Positions 13,601 to 28,600 of a stretch of 64,000 nucleotides of DNA are shown piece after piece. The first letter of the stretch is position 1. Every line of letters begins with the position of its first letter. The DNA lies in NCBI RefSeq assembly GCF_964204645.1, contig NC_134028.1, positions 20,211,245 through 20,275,244 on the forward strand, written 5' to 3'. Position numbers and translations under genes: made by a program. The notes below the pieces were generated by a model. That model saw only the letters and a program-made list of their open reading frames with translations. It did no database searches and was not told the origin of the DNA. The DNA is from Tubulanus polymorphus (Eukaryota > Animalia > Nemertea).

Positions 13601-16600
13601 ACTGCTATCTATCAAAACTATTTCGTTTGATGATTATCTATCTAAGTAAAAAGATATTTACGGACGGTTCTTAGTCGTAAGCTATCAGATTATGTGATAA
13701 GAATCTTTTCTTTCTTGATATTTTAAATTTTCTTATCCGAAATTGTCTTCATCGTCTGTCCCATTTCTAGATTTATGTTTCCGAGTTGCGATATATATTG
13801 ACGTGCAGCTACACGGTATCAACAGGAAGTGGGCCTTTACAGCGAGCGGTAAGTATCGAATTATACGGTTTCGAGGTATATAAACGGGGTGACCGCGATT
13901 CTGGAAACAGGGGAAAGACAGGGAACTATTCCATCTCGGTATGACAGGGAATTCGATCAGATTTGACAAAACTCTGGATAACAGGGTAATGGTGTTTCGT
14001 GGTGTTTATGTTGCCCATGCTATATTTCCCGTTGGTTCGGTCTCCGTTTTATGTCATCGGAACTTTGCAACTTAACAAACTTCGTTTCATATGGTAAAAA
14101 AAGTCGAAATTCGTATATATTCGCAGAGAGTCGGAATATCTAACTGGGTTATGACTTCCTGCTTGAATCTGTCGCGATTACAAATCTCGGCCGGGTCCCT
14201 CATCCTACCGTTATCAGAAAAAGGGACAGTTCTGCTTCTTTTCGAAAGGCAAATCAAAATACAGTGGAACCTCGTTACAGCGAACTCCACAGGACCAGAA
14301 AATATGTTCCTTATAACCGATAGTTCGTTATATCCAGTATGAAATTGTCTAAATTTTCTTACTTGGGACGAAATTCTATATTTATCATATACGATAAAAC
14401 GTTGTATCTGAGTTCGTTATACACTACCTGGAAACACAGACAATTTGGAATTGGATGAATTGTGGTCACCCTGCAGTTGATCTATCAAAAAATCCATTGA
14501 AAAACCATACGCTCTTCACGCAGTGGTTTCATTATATTTTCAGCGCAAAACATTTTGATGCCAACCTATTTATTATATGCGATTCTTTACTAATTCTTTT
14601 TAGGTGCCGTATAAAGTAACTATAATTGTGAATAATCTAAACGATGTTTATCCGCATTTCGAAAATTCACCGTATTATAAAGAAGTCAACGAGGTAAGAT
14701 GGGCGAGTATGTTGGCCGATTCAGGAAAACCAAACTTTCTGACAAAAAAATTGTGTTCATGATCATTTTTATCGTGCGTCTAGCCGTGCAGAAATATTTC
14801 TATATAGCCCGAATCAGCCACCAGGGGATACACTAAAGCCTTTTTACTTTTTTGAAAACAATTCTGATTGAAGATTAATGAATTGTAGGCATAGTTTTTA
14901 AACGGCGTCGATGATTATTCACTACATGAAAAATGATTACCGATTAGGTATATAAACCTTAAGAATGTATAAAATATGCCTATATGCCTATTTCACGAAA
15001 CTCGGCACTTTTTGTGTGTTAGATTTAAGACCATAGTCTAACGCTGCGATTACACGGCGACGATTTGGCTCGGGCCAAATTGGCAGGGACCTTGCGCGAG
15101 TCAAAATCGGGCCCGTGTAAATTGCCCGTTCACTCGTTACTAAACCACTTCGATACTAAAAAATCCGAAGTTAGATTGCGATTCACAAGCAATTATTTGA
15201 CTCATAGGGCCTACTAAAATTTGACTTGGGCCAGGTCCGGCATCTTTTGTCGGGGAAATTTTGGCCGGGCCCATTTAGCACCCGTGTGCGAACAGTTGTT
15301 CCGGGTCAAAAATGCTCGTGTGATCGCGGCTTAAGACATCTTAGTGCAGTCTTCTTTCTGACTTATGTTATGACTGTACGTCCCGATGATGAAACGTATG
15401 TGTGCTTTGTTTTGTAGTTGACTCCAATAACTACTACAGTATTTATACTAAAAGGCCGCGCTGAAGACGACGACAGCGGGGGATCTGTAACTAATTATGC
15501 AATAGCCGTAAGTCCACTGATTACTGCCGGAATCAACATTTCAGACCATTCGACCGCGCGTGTCCGTTCCACTTACATATGTTCCAAGTCAGAGATAACT
15601 CGATTCGATCATAGACTACAGATGATCCAGCTCGATCCGCTGTTAACTCGGTTGAAATAAGATCAATTTTAACGATTTCAGTTTTGGAGTCAAATTTAAA
15701 TTTGTAAAATTTGTATGTACATTTTATTATGTACATTGATATTACAATAAAATTTGCAAAGCACGAAATAAAATAAAATGTATTCAAAAATACCGTAAAA
15801 ATTAATTAGACAATTTTCAGTTATTGATCGATAATTGGTTATTTTGTAGGGTGGTAGCGATGGTAAATTTAAACTAATTGGACCTACCTCTGATGGAATG
15901 GTCGCCGTAGCCGAAACTTTAGATTACGATCGCGGAAAAAGAATCTATAACATTAATATTTCTGTTACCGTAAGTAAAATAAGACGAAAGATTTTTCTAA
16001 GAATTAATTGTTCGATAGAATGGAAATTCAGTTTCTTTTTTTTCTTTTAATTTTAGGATAATGAGTTTTATGGAAAAAAATTGACAAGTTATGGGTTGTT
16101 GATAATTAATGTTACCGATGGTGACGATCAGAATCCGAAATTCTCAAATGAAGCTTACACATTATCGATACCAGAACAGGTAAAACATGAATTTTACGCG
16201 GCCTATCTATCTGAGCACTGCGGAACCAGACTATACGCCTTCCCATCACCCCATCCACCTCTTGATTATCGGTTTCTGAGATTAATTTTGATAAAATTGC
16301 TAGATTTGGTGATACATTTCCAATCAAAAATATCTTCGGTGAAGTTCTAAACACAGCTCGAATTGTGTGAATATCATTTTTTTAAGTGCACCGATAAACT
16401 ATAATGTGTTTGTTACGGAAGCGTCGTGGGGACATCATTTACGAGAAATAAATATTTCATTTTTAGTTGAGATATATCTCAGCATAAAATCATTTTCGAT
16501 TAATACATAGTTTTGCCAATTTTATGTCGATTTATTATCTCGACGTAAATACGTTTACGATTAATAAAAAGCTTTGCTGAATTTATGTCGCGAGATCATC

Positions 16601-19600
16601 TGACATAAATTCAGAAATGTTCGTATTTAAATCAAAATTCGATTTCTTAGTCAATTTGGAATACAAAAATGTAGAGAAAGCACTGTTGCACATAGGATGG
16701 CTCGTATCAGATTTGTTGGTTTGGATGCAAAATCGATAACATGTTTTATCATGGACTCTAAAACGAAACTTTAAGCCTAGCGCACATCGACACTGCGATT
16801 GGAGACAACTTAGTTGCCAGGCAGTTTTCGGCGCATGAGAGCAATTGGCTGGATACAATCAGTTGCTCGAATTTGTCGATGTGAGCGAGCTTACGACTGG
16901 TTAGCGTCCATCTATATCCAGTTCCACCCAGTTGCTCATGTTCTACTTTTGAGCAACTAGTTGTACTCAGTTGCTCTCATATCCGTCGATGTGAGCGCTC
17001 CATAATCAACAACACATGGTTGTAACTGACTAAAACAAAGCTATTTGTCACGTGACTTGTGATGCCCTCAAGAATATTTGCTAAACCACATCTCAGTTGC
17101 TGTCGATGTGTGCGCTATGGACCTAGTATGGTGGCTGATAAGGGCCATAGCGTAAAATTCCTGGTATGTAAATGAGGGCGCCAGAACGCCAGAACGCCAA
17201 AACGAAAAAAAACGTCCAATTTTCTCTAAAAGTTCGTTTTGGCGCGCCAAAACGGAGAATATTCCGTTTTGGCGCCCCCGCCAAAACGAACTTTCATTTT
17301 GGCGCCCCCGCCAAAACGAACTTTCGTTTTGGCGCCCCCGCCAAAACGAACTTTCATTTTGGCGCCCCCGCCAAAACGAAATTTTCTCTGAAAGTTCGTT
17401 TTGGCGCGCCAAAACAACGAATATTTCGTTTTGGCGCCCCCGCCAAAACGAACTTTCGTTTTGGCGCCCCCGCCAATACGAACTTTAAACCACGTAAAAT
17501 AATTCTATATATACGTAAAATATTTTCATTTATGCAAATTTATGCAAATTACACACAAGATCAACGCGCCAATTTGAAAAATAATTTTACTGTGGTTGAA
17601 TGCTTGTTTTGGCGGGGGCGCCAAAACGGAAATAACCGCGCCAAAACGAACTTTTCTTTGTTTTGGCGCGCCAAAACGAACTTTCAGAGAAATTTCGACG
17701 TTTTTCGTTGTTTTGGTGGGGGCGCCAAAATGAAAGTTCGTTTTGGCGGGGGCGCCAAAACGGAATATTCTCCGTTTTGGCGCGCCAAAACGAACTTTTA
17801 GAGAAATTTCGACGTTTTTCGTTGTTTTGGCGGGGGCGCCAAAACGAAAGTTCGTTTTGGCGGGGGCGCCAAAATGAAAGTTCGTTTTGGCGGGGGCGCC
17901 AAAACGGAATTTTCTTTGTTTTGGCGCGCCAAAACGAACTTTTAGAGAAAATTGGACGTTTTTCGTTGTTTTGGCGGGGGCGCCAAAATGAAAGTTCGTT
18001 TTGGCGGGGCGCCAAAACGGAATATTCTCCGTTTTGGCGCGCCAAAACGAACTTTTAGAGAAATTTCGACGTTTTTCGTTGTTTTGGCGGGGGCGCCAAA
18101 ACGAAAGTTCGTTTTGGCGGGGGCGCCAAAATGAAAGTTCGTTTTGGCGGGGGCGCCAAAACGGAATTTTCTTTGTTTTGGCGCGCCAAAACGAACTTTT
18201 AGAGAAAATTGGACGTTTTTCGTTGTTTTGGCGGGGGCGCCAAAACGATAGTTCGTTTTGGCTGGGGCACCAAAATGAAAGTTCGTTTTGGCGGGGGCGC
18301 CAAAACGGAATTTTCTTTGTTTTGGCGCGCCAAAACGAACTTTTAGAGAAAATTGGACGTTTTTTTTCGTTTTGGCGTTCTGGCGTTCTGGTGCCCTCAT
18401 TTACATACCAGGAATTTTACGCTATGGCCCTTATCAGCCACCATAACCTAGCGACCGGCATGAGCCGCGCAGTTGCTGGGGTTTACTAAATTTTCGATGT
18501 GCGCGGGGTACTCGCTCACTAGCAACTAGTTGTCTCCAGTCGCTTTGTCGATGTATGCTTAGCTTTAGAGTCCATGGTTAAATCTACGTACGAGCAATCA
18601 TCTCGATTGCTCGAAGGTTAAATCTTGGAATGATTAATCATTTCAAATGATTACTCCAAGGTTAAATCTAGTTACCACTCTGATACGAGCCACTGCGTGC
18701 CGTACTGTCCCAAACCAAAGGCGAATCTATCACATCAAATTAAATTTGATTTTAAGTAAAATCGTATTTATCCTGGCATAATCAAATTTGGTTTGGTCTA
18801 ATTTTTGAATTTAGCACGGTATCAAATTCAAAGCGATTTATCAAATGATCAAATCACCTCGAGTGGTGATTTGGTACGATTTGCAGATGCCAAACTAAAA
18901 ACAAACTGAAAACTCATTCATAGGAAATGATATTTCAAAAACCAGGGCAGTATTTTCTTGTCAGCCGTTTTGAACAAGCCGTCAAATTCATACAGTTGTG
19001 CAAATCTTATTTGATTAGATTACACGTGACTAGCAAATTAAAATTAGGAAAATCAAATCTGATTTGAATCAAAGATAAATTCGCCTCAAGATGTACTGCG
19101 CAACTTCGCTGATAAGCGGGTTCGAGTCCTGCTGATGTAGGTGTACCAAATCAAAACGCTAGAACGCCAAAAACAAGGAAAACTGCCCTTCCCGTCAGGT
19201 TAAATATGAATGGTTATGAAGACCCGAATTTAAAAAACAAAACCAGACCTCATCATGGACAGTTTGACCTGGATTCACAGCAACCACTACTATCCTCATC
19301 ACGGGTAGTCTGAATACCAAGTCGTTGCTAGCGGTTCCCTTGTTTGAGGAACAACAACTAGGTACTAGACCACATCACGGGTCGCTTCTCCGCTAATCTC
19401 TCACTATTCATTCATAGACTCCGTCCATAGTGAATCAACCACTGCTGACTGTTCCTCCGCTTCACGCGTTTGATCAAGATACAGGCATCAATATGACCAT
19501 TAATTACAGCATAGAAAAAGGTTGGTTTTCTGACAATATAGCATTTATGTGAGTTATTTAGTAGAAACACGTGTGCATACTAGAACCTACTGACAATGTC

Positions 19601-22600
19601 GATTTTACGCGAAAGTGAAAGTGAAAGTGCAGTAATTGTTCGAGATTTGTGCAGATATTTTTCATATTTCAGGAACGATTATTAATAATGAAGTACATTT
19701 TCGTATGGACAATCAAACCGGTGCCTTATACCTGCTGAAATCACTTGACAGAGAAAATTTAATCCCTAATCCGTTTACTATACAGGTCAAGGTATGTATT
19801 CACAGCCTCTCTCGTATCTGGGCTTTGTGATTACAGTAACTGATTGGGTTCTTAATATGGCTCGGGGGCTGGTTTTATAGTCAAGACTTAAGTCCAAGAT
19901 TGATCTTAAATCTTAGGACTGGCCTTAAAATTTTAAGTTGTTAGATTGGCTATAGAACTAAGTTGGTTTTAGACTGGTCTTAAGTCTAAGCCCCCACTAT
20001 GGAACCCGCCCCTGGGAGATACGTACGCACCATAATTAACTCTGTTTAAAGAAGAGTCTGACGTATCTATGTGTTAATGCAGAAAAGTTAAATGTCTTCG
20101 ATGTTTAGAAAGGCACAGGAAATTGCTTTGTTTGTGGGCGCAAAAACTTACTGGAAAATATTTCTGTGCCATTTGTAATGCGCGGATAAATATGGCTGGA
20201 AAAATGAAAATAAAAGATGAATCCCCAGGACACTGTCATAGGTCCTTATCTCACAGACCCTCATTGGTTCAATGCATTTAGTGCTCAGGCTTTTTTGATG
20301 CCTAACTAATCCAGGTATGAGTGGTTCATTGTTGAAACTGAATCCAGTAACAAAGAGCGTTTTAAAAGGTCCATTTCCAATGTTCGGGGTCTACTGTTCA
20401 ATATCCAGTTCCACTGTCAGTTAAACTTGAATCTGAGAAATAATTTACATATCCGATGTTTTAAACCTGAGTCTGATTTATGGAACTGGGTTCTTGTGGA
20501 ACTAGGTCGTAAACTATGAAACTAAAGCTTCAGAATTCCTTGTCCATAGATTCTGAAATTCATAGATGAAGTTCAATGTTATTTTAAACTGCGTATCGTA
20601 TGAGTCAAAACTTTGATTTAACTGTTTTTCAAGCGAGAAATTCCCAGGGATTCTTCGGGATGTTATGAAAATATTTACTTTTGATTGTAGGCGTATCAAA
20701 TAGATCGTCCAGAAGCGCGGTCTACGCTGACTGATGTTACTGTTACAGTTACTGATATTAATGATAATCCGCCAGTGATGTCACTCTCTCCATATCTGGC
20801 AACGATTCCTGAAAACTCTGCTGTAGGAACTACCGTTCTACAAGTGGCTGCTTCGGATAAAGATCTGGTATGTAAGAACAGAATTAGGCTCACTCACTTT
20901 CCTGCCAAGTACCAACGGCCCTCCAGTTCTACAGTTGCCAATTCAGTTTGACTCTTCAATTGAAATAAGGTCATTTGAACCTTGAGTCAAATTTTAACTA
21001 AAAACTGGTGGAACTGGGCCATTTAAGTCTGAAAATACAGACGATTAAAAAAAATGTTCATATTTTGACATTGTTCATTTATACTTATCAGTGATTCAGA
21101 TTATTTCTTATTCAGTATTTGAAATGCGGGCTGAATTTAGGGGGTGGTTTCAGGGGTACGAACCCCTGCCTTCCCATAGAAGTTGCCCCTATCGTCAAGA
21201 GTGAGAAGGTTAAAACATGAAAATTTGACTTCATCTTCTCAGAAATTGCTTCTTTTCGATTTCATTTCTTAAAAAATGTCTAATGCCGGAGATGCCCTCC
21301 GCTGGTGGTAGCCTTTTGATGCAGCTGATTTTCGAGAAATGCCTTTTGCATTTCTGGACCCCCGCCTTCTTATTTCACTATATCCATCCCTGAAATTCTA
21401 CGTTCAGATTTTCATTATTACCGTATGCGTAAATACTTTGTATACCAGTATTTGTGAAGATATCTAATGACATTAGTGATGGTGGCGTTTAAAGATATGT
21501 TTAAATGTTGAAAAAAAAGAATTATGATCATAGTAATTGTAGATAGATCAATAATAATTGCAGCTGGTTTGAGGTTCTAATATCAATGAATACGTAGCAT
21601 TTATTAATGCATGTATGATAATCAGCCACTTAAAACAGTATGAATTACATACGAAAAAAATATAAAAGATGAGCGCCGTGACACTGGAATTTGATATTTT
21701 CAGTTCATTTCGATCAATCTGTTACAGCTGTTCTTGCAGGGGGTGCTTTGGGTGCTAAAACTACCTCCCCTTTGGAAAATTTCCTTCGTACTATTCATTT
21801 TCAGTTTTTCAACGCTACATTTCAAAGTACATTTTATATTTACGGTATGAGACGATAAAGGAATGCCCGAAAATGCTCAGAATGCATGAAAATTAGACTG
21901 ATTTTTCAAAATTTTCTGGGGGATGACCTGGAGTCGATTTGGCCGGGGCCAAATTGGCACGGATCAAGCCCGAGTCAAATTCGACCCGTGCCTAATTAGA
22001 GCGCGTGCTCACTGAACAATGCTTAAACAAAGTGAAGTGAGTCATTTCCGGAACCAGTTGCAATTCAAACGCAATCATTTGTCCTGTGCTAAAAATTTGG
22101 CTCGGGTCTGGTCCTACATTTTCAGCCAGGCCAAACAGGCAATGGCCCATTTGGTAGTGTGTGAACAGTCATCCCGACCAAATTTGGCATGTGCCAAAAA
22201 TGAATCGCGGTTATAGTATCCTGGGGCCAGTTGCACAGTCATGGCTTAGATTTAAGACTGGTCTATAACTTAGGTCTATAGAACTAAATCAATATAACTA
22301 CTTAAGCCCGGTCTTAAGATCTAAGCCCACTTTTGGACTTTAAGTCATGACTGTGCAACTGGGATCTGGCATTGGGATCTGTTCTATGAACTTTTGTTGA
22401 TCCAATTAACGCAAACTAACATGCCATATCCTACCGGAACTTATCATAGAAATAGACATTTACCAGTACATATTTCAAAATTCTGACTTATGAAACTGTA
22501 AAATGTATACTATCTTTTTCAGGGTTTGAATGCTGAGTTTGATTTCGATCTAGTCGACCCGAGTTCGACGTTCAGCATAAACAGTACTACTGGTATAGTT

Positions 22601-25600
22601 ACCGTACTCAACTCGACTAAACTCGATAGAGAATTGAACTCATTCGTCCAAGCGAAGGTCAGTGTTTTGATACGTAAATGCATGATGAATGGGTATTTCG
22701 TAAGCTATTTCTTTATGCGTGTCTTGATTGGCCTTAAGTGTAAAACAGTAGAGCATAATTATACCAGTACCTTTGTTTTAAAATCTAGAAAATAGTTCAA
22801 GATTTAGAAGTTACATGCAATGATAATGAAGACAGATAATATGATATTATATTGAATATGATATAACTTGTGTCTTCAAATCTTTCAAATAATTTGGAAG
22901 ACATATTGTAATCTGGTCTTTTTAAGGTGTAACGATAAAAACTTGCCTTCCTGTAAACTGTTTAAGATTTATTTATCGCTTTAATCAAGAAAAACCATGT
23001 TATTTCAAATAATTATCATCATCACACTTTTAAGGCGCCTTTCCGTTACTAAACTCATAGGTATATGCTGTTCTAGAAGATATAAACTATGTTAACGGAC
23101 TGATCACTTATCACTCAAATCTTCGAAATCACGCCCTTACTTTAAAAATGCTTTACCAATTACTTGGTCGCAAAATACTAATGCCCACAACGTGGCCGCC
23201 ATTTTATCTGTTTATATATGTAAAGGGTGATCCTTGTAACGAATGTGCGTGTGCGTTAGTGATGAGTGCATGTGAGTGTGATTGTTGACCGAGGGGTAAG
23301 GACTCGTATAAGTCAACTTTTGACTTCTCCTTACTCCTCGCAATCTATATTGTTACTCTGAATATAATGTATATTGTGTCGATATTTTTTGTAACAATTT
23401 ATTTTGCAAATTCATTCATTCATTCATTCATTCATTCATGCATGTGATTCACATGATAGTGTGGGTATCAGTTAACAGTTCTCGCCGGTCAGTTGGTAAT
23501 AGTTCTATGTTTTATGTTTTCGCAGGTATTCGCTGTAGAAACGCAAACTGCTGAGAAATTAAAAAGTGTTCCGTCAGATCTAATTGTAACGCTCAGCGAT
23601 GCTAACGATAATAAACCGGTGTTTTATCCGTCCGAAGTGTATAACTTCCGAACCAACGAAACAGTAACGTTAAACTCCAAAATCGGACAGGTTAGTGTTA
23701 AATGTATATCAAGTGGGCCCTATATTAGATTGATATTACGGTCATTTACGGCAGTTTGATGTTCTGAAATTAACAAGATTGACAGAAGCAGGGGTTGGAT
23801 ATGAAAAATTCTTTAAGTTGATATTTCTGTGAAAATTTTCATAAAGTTATGAAATCGGTCAGTCAATTTTATAGCTCCTTTGCTTCTTGTCATCATCATG
23901 GCAACTGAGCACTGTTTTGCCTTTATATGGGCCAATGTGTCAGTTTTCTGCTGTTTCTCGCAATACTCTGTTTGAAGAATATGCATATTTTGAAAAATTT
24001 CTTTATGTGAAAAATGAGAAAAATCCATCTTAAGTTCAGTGAAAAAAGCAAACTCAACCCCTCCAATCATCTGAGAATCAGTCCTCCGAAACGTATTTCC
24101 ATTAGATTTGAGTTAAGACAAGATTGACCAAATTTATTTACTCAAAAATGTGTTGGCGTTATGTGAGCAGTGGCAATAAAAAGGACTGCATTATAATGGA
24201 CTTCGACAGTACATATATATTAGGCTGAAGTTACTATAAATAGTCATCGGGATGAGTCGTCACATTTCTGAAGCCGTCTATATTTTTAAGTCCAAATTTG
24301 TATTTCCAGTTCAATTTACTAAGTGTATGTTGTCATTTGGATAAAATGTCGTCACTACTAGGATGTCGTTTCACTACTGATGGTTTATTTCAAAGTCAAC
24401 TTGTTTACAGCTATTTTGACCTATTTTCAAATGAATGATATCTGCGAATGATTCCGATGTTGCTTTTTATGTACGTAGGTTTGGGCGAATGATTCTGATC
24501 TCGGTTTAAACGGTGAAGTAGTCTATAGTATTATCTACGCGACGAATGACGGATTGAACAAATTTCAAATTGATTCGGCCGCTGGAGTCATTACGAACAA
24601 AGCTCTATTGAGTTCACCTTATTTCGATAAATACCGGTTAACAGTACAAGCTACTGATAAAGCTGCCAGCTTATTCCAAAGGAGGTAGGTTTTCAAAAAC
24701 TATATACGTATTATAGTAATTCAAGTACTTTTACTACCTAATGGTAGATCCAGGATAAATTAGTATACGTACCTGACAAATCAAGTCCTGGAAACCCAAG
24801 AGTGCTTTGGCCATACACCTGAAAGTCTTTAACCCTTTCAGTGCGTCTACACCGCAGTGCGGTGTACGAATCAGTGATGGATTTTGCTAGTACACCGCAC
24901 TGCGGTGTATTGATTTAATTAGTAATTACTAATTATCTCTTGAAAAATGGCAGCAGAAAAATGGCAGTGTCAAACATAGTGAAATATTAGTAACTAACGA
25001 TATACCGCGCCAGGGTGTAGACGCACTATAGTGCTATTCCCGTTATTCAACACACTAGGGTGGAATTTTTCAGAATTTTCAAATTATCTTCAGCACTATA
25101 GGGTATTAATAAGCCAGCACTGAAAGGGTTAAGACACAAAATCTAAGGAATTCATAGCACAATCATAGAAAATCAAGACCATATTGAGACCCAATATTGT
25201 CCTCAATCAGACAATTAACGCAAAGCAATTTTTCGGATCATTTCACAAAATTCCCCCCTCACTTCTTTTCAGTTCATGGGTCCTAAACAAGATTCAGCGT
25301 AAACCCAGTTTTAATCGGTCTGTGGTCCTATTAATTTCAGGTCATCGACAGCTGCAGTAACGATAGATGTAACAGATATAAATAATAATGCACCTGTTTT
25401 CAATAATGCACCTTACTCAACTAAAATAGGAGAATTAATTCCACCGAGATCAATCGTCTTTCAAATATCGGTAAGTATACTAAGTCTATCATTGTGTCTT
25501 GATGCAAGAAGAATAAGAATGGAGTGTGAGTGGAGGGGGGGATAAAACGCGATGGAAAGGAGTGAGGAGGGAGAGGAGAAAGAAGAGAGAATAGAGAAAG

Positions 25601-28600
25601 AGGGAGAGATATTGGATGAGGTAGGGAAGTGGGACAGAGATGGATAAGTGAGAGAGGGAGAAAGTGAGTGAGAGTGAGGGGAAAGATGAGTGAGAGGAAA
25701 GGAGGGCAAAGGAGGGGAGAGATGAGTGAGAGGGAGGTCGGAGGGAATTTCTCTGATAATGGTTGTAAGTTTTGTATTGTAGGCAACGGATGCTGATAAA
25801 ACGTCAGTGCTGTCTTACAGTATCACGGCCGGTGACTTGAACAAACAGTTCTCAATCTCGTCAATGTACGTAAGACCTCTTTTGAAACCCTAATATTTTC
25901 TGACAATTCGTCTGGAAGATGGATGTGTAGAAAGTTGAAATCTATTTGTTACAGGGGAATGGTAAAAACTGCTAAAAGTTTAGACCGAGAAGTTAAACCG
26001 TCGTACAATTTAACAATTGAAGTCACCGATGGCAAATATGTAAGTTTGAAAATAGAATGAAATGTCTGTCTCCCTACAGCTGAATGCTAAGGAGAATTTA
26101 TACTATCAAAAGCGGTAACAAGCCGATTTAACAAACAGGTCACTGTGTGTATGTTCATTCTATCTGCATGATCTGGTGCTATGGTTCTTCAGGTCGAAAC
26201 AAATAAGTACCCCCCAATAAACCCCAAAAACATATTTCACCACATCTGCTGCGATAGCGCCTTATGACATCACAAATGAGTGCGATTGCAGTCACAGTTA
26301 ATACAGCACTTGACTAAAACACACAGTAGATCAGTAGGTTTGAAACATCGGGGGAATATATTTTCTCATTATACTCATTATGGCCTTCACAAGCACAGCA
26401 TGTATTCGTGGACACAGGATATCCAATTTCCCGAGATCCCACATGATCTACTGGCAATGGGGGATATATTTTAAAATGCTCCAACTAAAATTCAGCGCCA
26501 CTGAATCGGATACATGTAGTTTGAAGTTTGAAGTTCTTAAAAACAACTGTAGCGTCCATGGGTAGATGTTTGATATTCCTGTTGATATTCTCTTCCAGAA
26601 AGCGTTGACCAGTCTCGGCATTGAACTGATTGATGTCAATGATAACGCGCCTGTTTTCGGTAACAATACTTACCAGTTTAACGTGACGGAAGAGCAGCCG
26701 ATCGGAGCTCTGATCGGAGTAGTCAAGGCAACGGACGCTGATGTTGGCGGGAATGGCGAAATTACTTATTCTTTTGTCGGGACCTGGTAAGAGTCGAAGA
26801 TGGCTGGCTTGAAATTATATTCGAAAGATCAATCTGAGTTTATACGCAATTATATTCATTTTCAGGGCAAAAGATTTCTTTTCAATCAATGCAATTGATG
26901 GACAAATAACTTCGACTAAGAAGTTAGATTTGGAAGCACGATCAGTTTATGAGTTCAGCGTTCAAGCTATAGATAATGGCAATCCTAGGCTGTCGAGTTC
27001 AGCTAGTGTATCAGTGTTTTTACTTGATATTAATGATAATTTACCGGTATTTGTTGGATTGCCATACGCAGTAACGATTCCAGAGAATCTACTCGCTTCA
27101 AAATTCTTCACTCCGCAGGTAACTTACATTTTATACCTTTTATACCTATTAGTTAGAGTAGACAATGCCCAAGCCAGATCGTTTTACTTCGGAATGATAT
27201 CCGAGTTAGATGGTACAGTAGACCCCACTCAAGTCAAATTGACTTGAGAATGATATCTGAGTTGGATGATACAGTAAACTCTGCTCAAGTGAGATCTTTT
27301 GACTTGAGAGTGATATCTGAGTTGGATAGTACGGTGGACAGTTTTCAAGTCGGATCTTTTGACTTGAGAGTGATATCCGAGTTTGATGATACAGTAGACT
27401 CCGCTCAAGTCAAATCTTTTGACTTGAGAGTGATATCTGAGCTTGATGGTACAGTAGACTCCGCACAAGTCAGATATTTTGACTTAATAATGATATCTGA
27501 GTTGGATGATACAGTACGCTCTGCTTAAGTCAGATTGTTTAACTTGAGTATGATATCTGAGTTGGATAGTACGGTTGACTGTTTTCAAGTCGGATCTTTT
27601 GACTTGAGAGTGATATCTGAGTTGGATGTAACAGTGGACCCCGCTCAAGTCAGATTTTTTGACTGTGATATCTGAGTCGGGTATTACAGAATATTCCATT
27701 TGAGTCAGACCTATTGACTTGAGAGCGATATCTGAGTAAGGTGGTTTCAGATTTGCGCAGTAGCCTACAACAGATTAGATCATACAAACATTGCTTGAAT
27801 TTTAGATATGTCACTTAAGACAATTCAAATTGTATTTTTGTATATGTAGATTTCTGATAAAGATATTGGTATCAATATGGCTGTCAGATTCTCAATCACG
27901 TCCGGGGACATGAATCTATTTACTATTGACACAAGCAGCGGCAGTTTATCATTAAAATCCCCGATTTCCCTCGCTGCTGGGAAACCTACACAATATACCG
28001 TAACAATGATGGTCTATAATACAGAGCCACCTGTAGGTGCAGCTCTAAATCAGCCCAATAACACGGCGGATGTGGTCATCAAAATTCAGGTAAGATTGAA
28101 TAATTGATATTACGGATTGGAATTCATCATTTTTCTGAATATTTGAATGTTATGCGGATGAGATTCGATTATTTTGCAGGATGTCAACGACAACGCTCCT
28201 TTATTCACAAAACCTATCTACGAATTTCCAGTTTATGAAAATGAGACGCTCGGAAAACTGGTCGGAAAGTAAGTTAAGGAGTTTTAGCAACACTTCAGCT
28301 CTTTTTACATTGTAATCTGGTTTCAGCCTATGTTTTCTTTTATCTGGCCCATTTATCAAATTTTGGAAGGGGGGTGATCAGTGGCTCTGAAATTGCACGT
28401 TAGGATATATTAAAAGTTCAAAAGATTTCTGAACATGAGTAGATATCATGTTTATTACCTAGCTGTGTTTGTTCTGCATTTCTTTCCGCACTTGTGTTTA
28501 GATACTGGACTTTGCCAAGGGAACAATGACACCCTCTACCTAAATTCTGCATCTGCCTTTTGATTCTGTCTTCATTTAAACTATGTTTCTTTCTTGTCTG

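Noticed and set aside
17200-18370. CRISPR-like look of regularly spaced palindromic repeats
   Set aside because: Intervening sequences are themselves repeated rather than unique spacers; no cas genes; eukaryotic intron bounded by TIRs and a TSD
17068-18489. Many overlapping ORFs with FWRGRQN / FGAPAKT repeats (also 12252-12975)
   Set aside because: Translations of stop-poor subrepeats in the foldback transposon, open on both strands, with no transposase motifs
25421-25786. Pro/Leu/Ser-rich minus-strand ORFs
   Set aside because: Come from the GA-rich low-complexity tract
27229-27699. Repetitive ORFs in the 60-bp array (and 45001-45318 in the 57-bp array)
   Set aside because: Unit lengths divisible by 3 keep frames open; the flanking exons splice in phase without them
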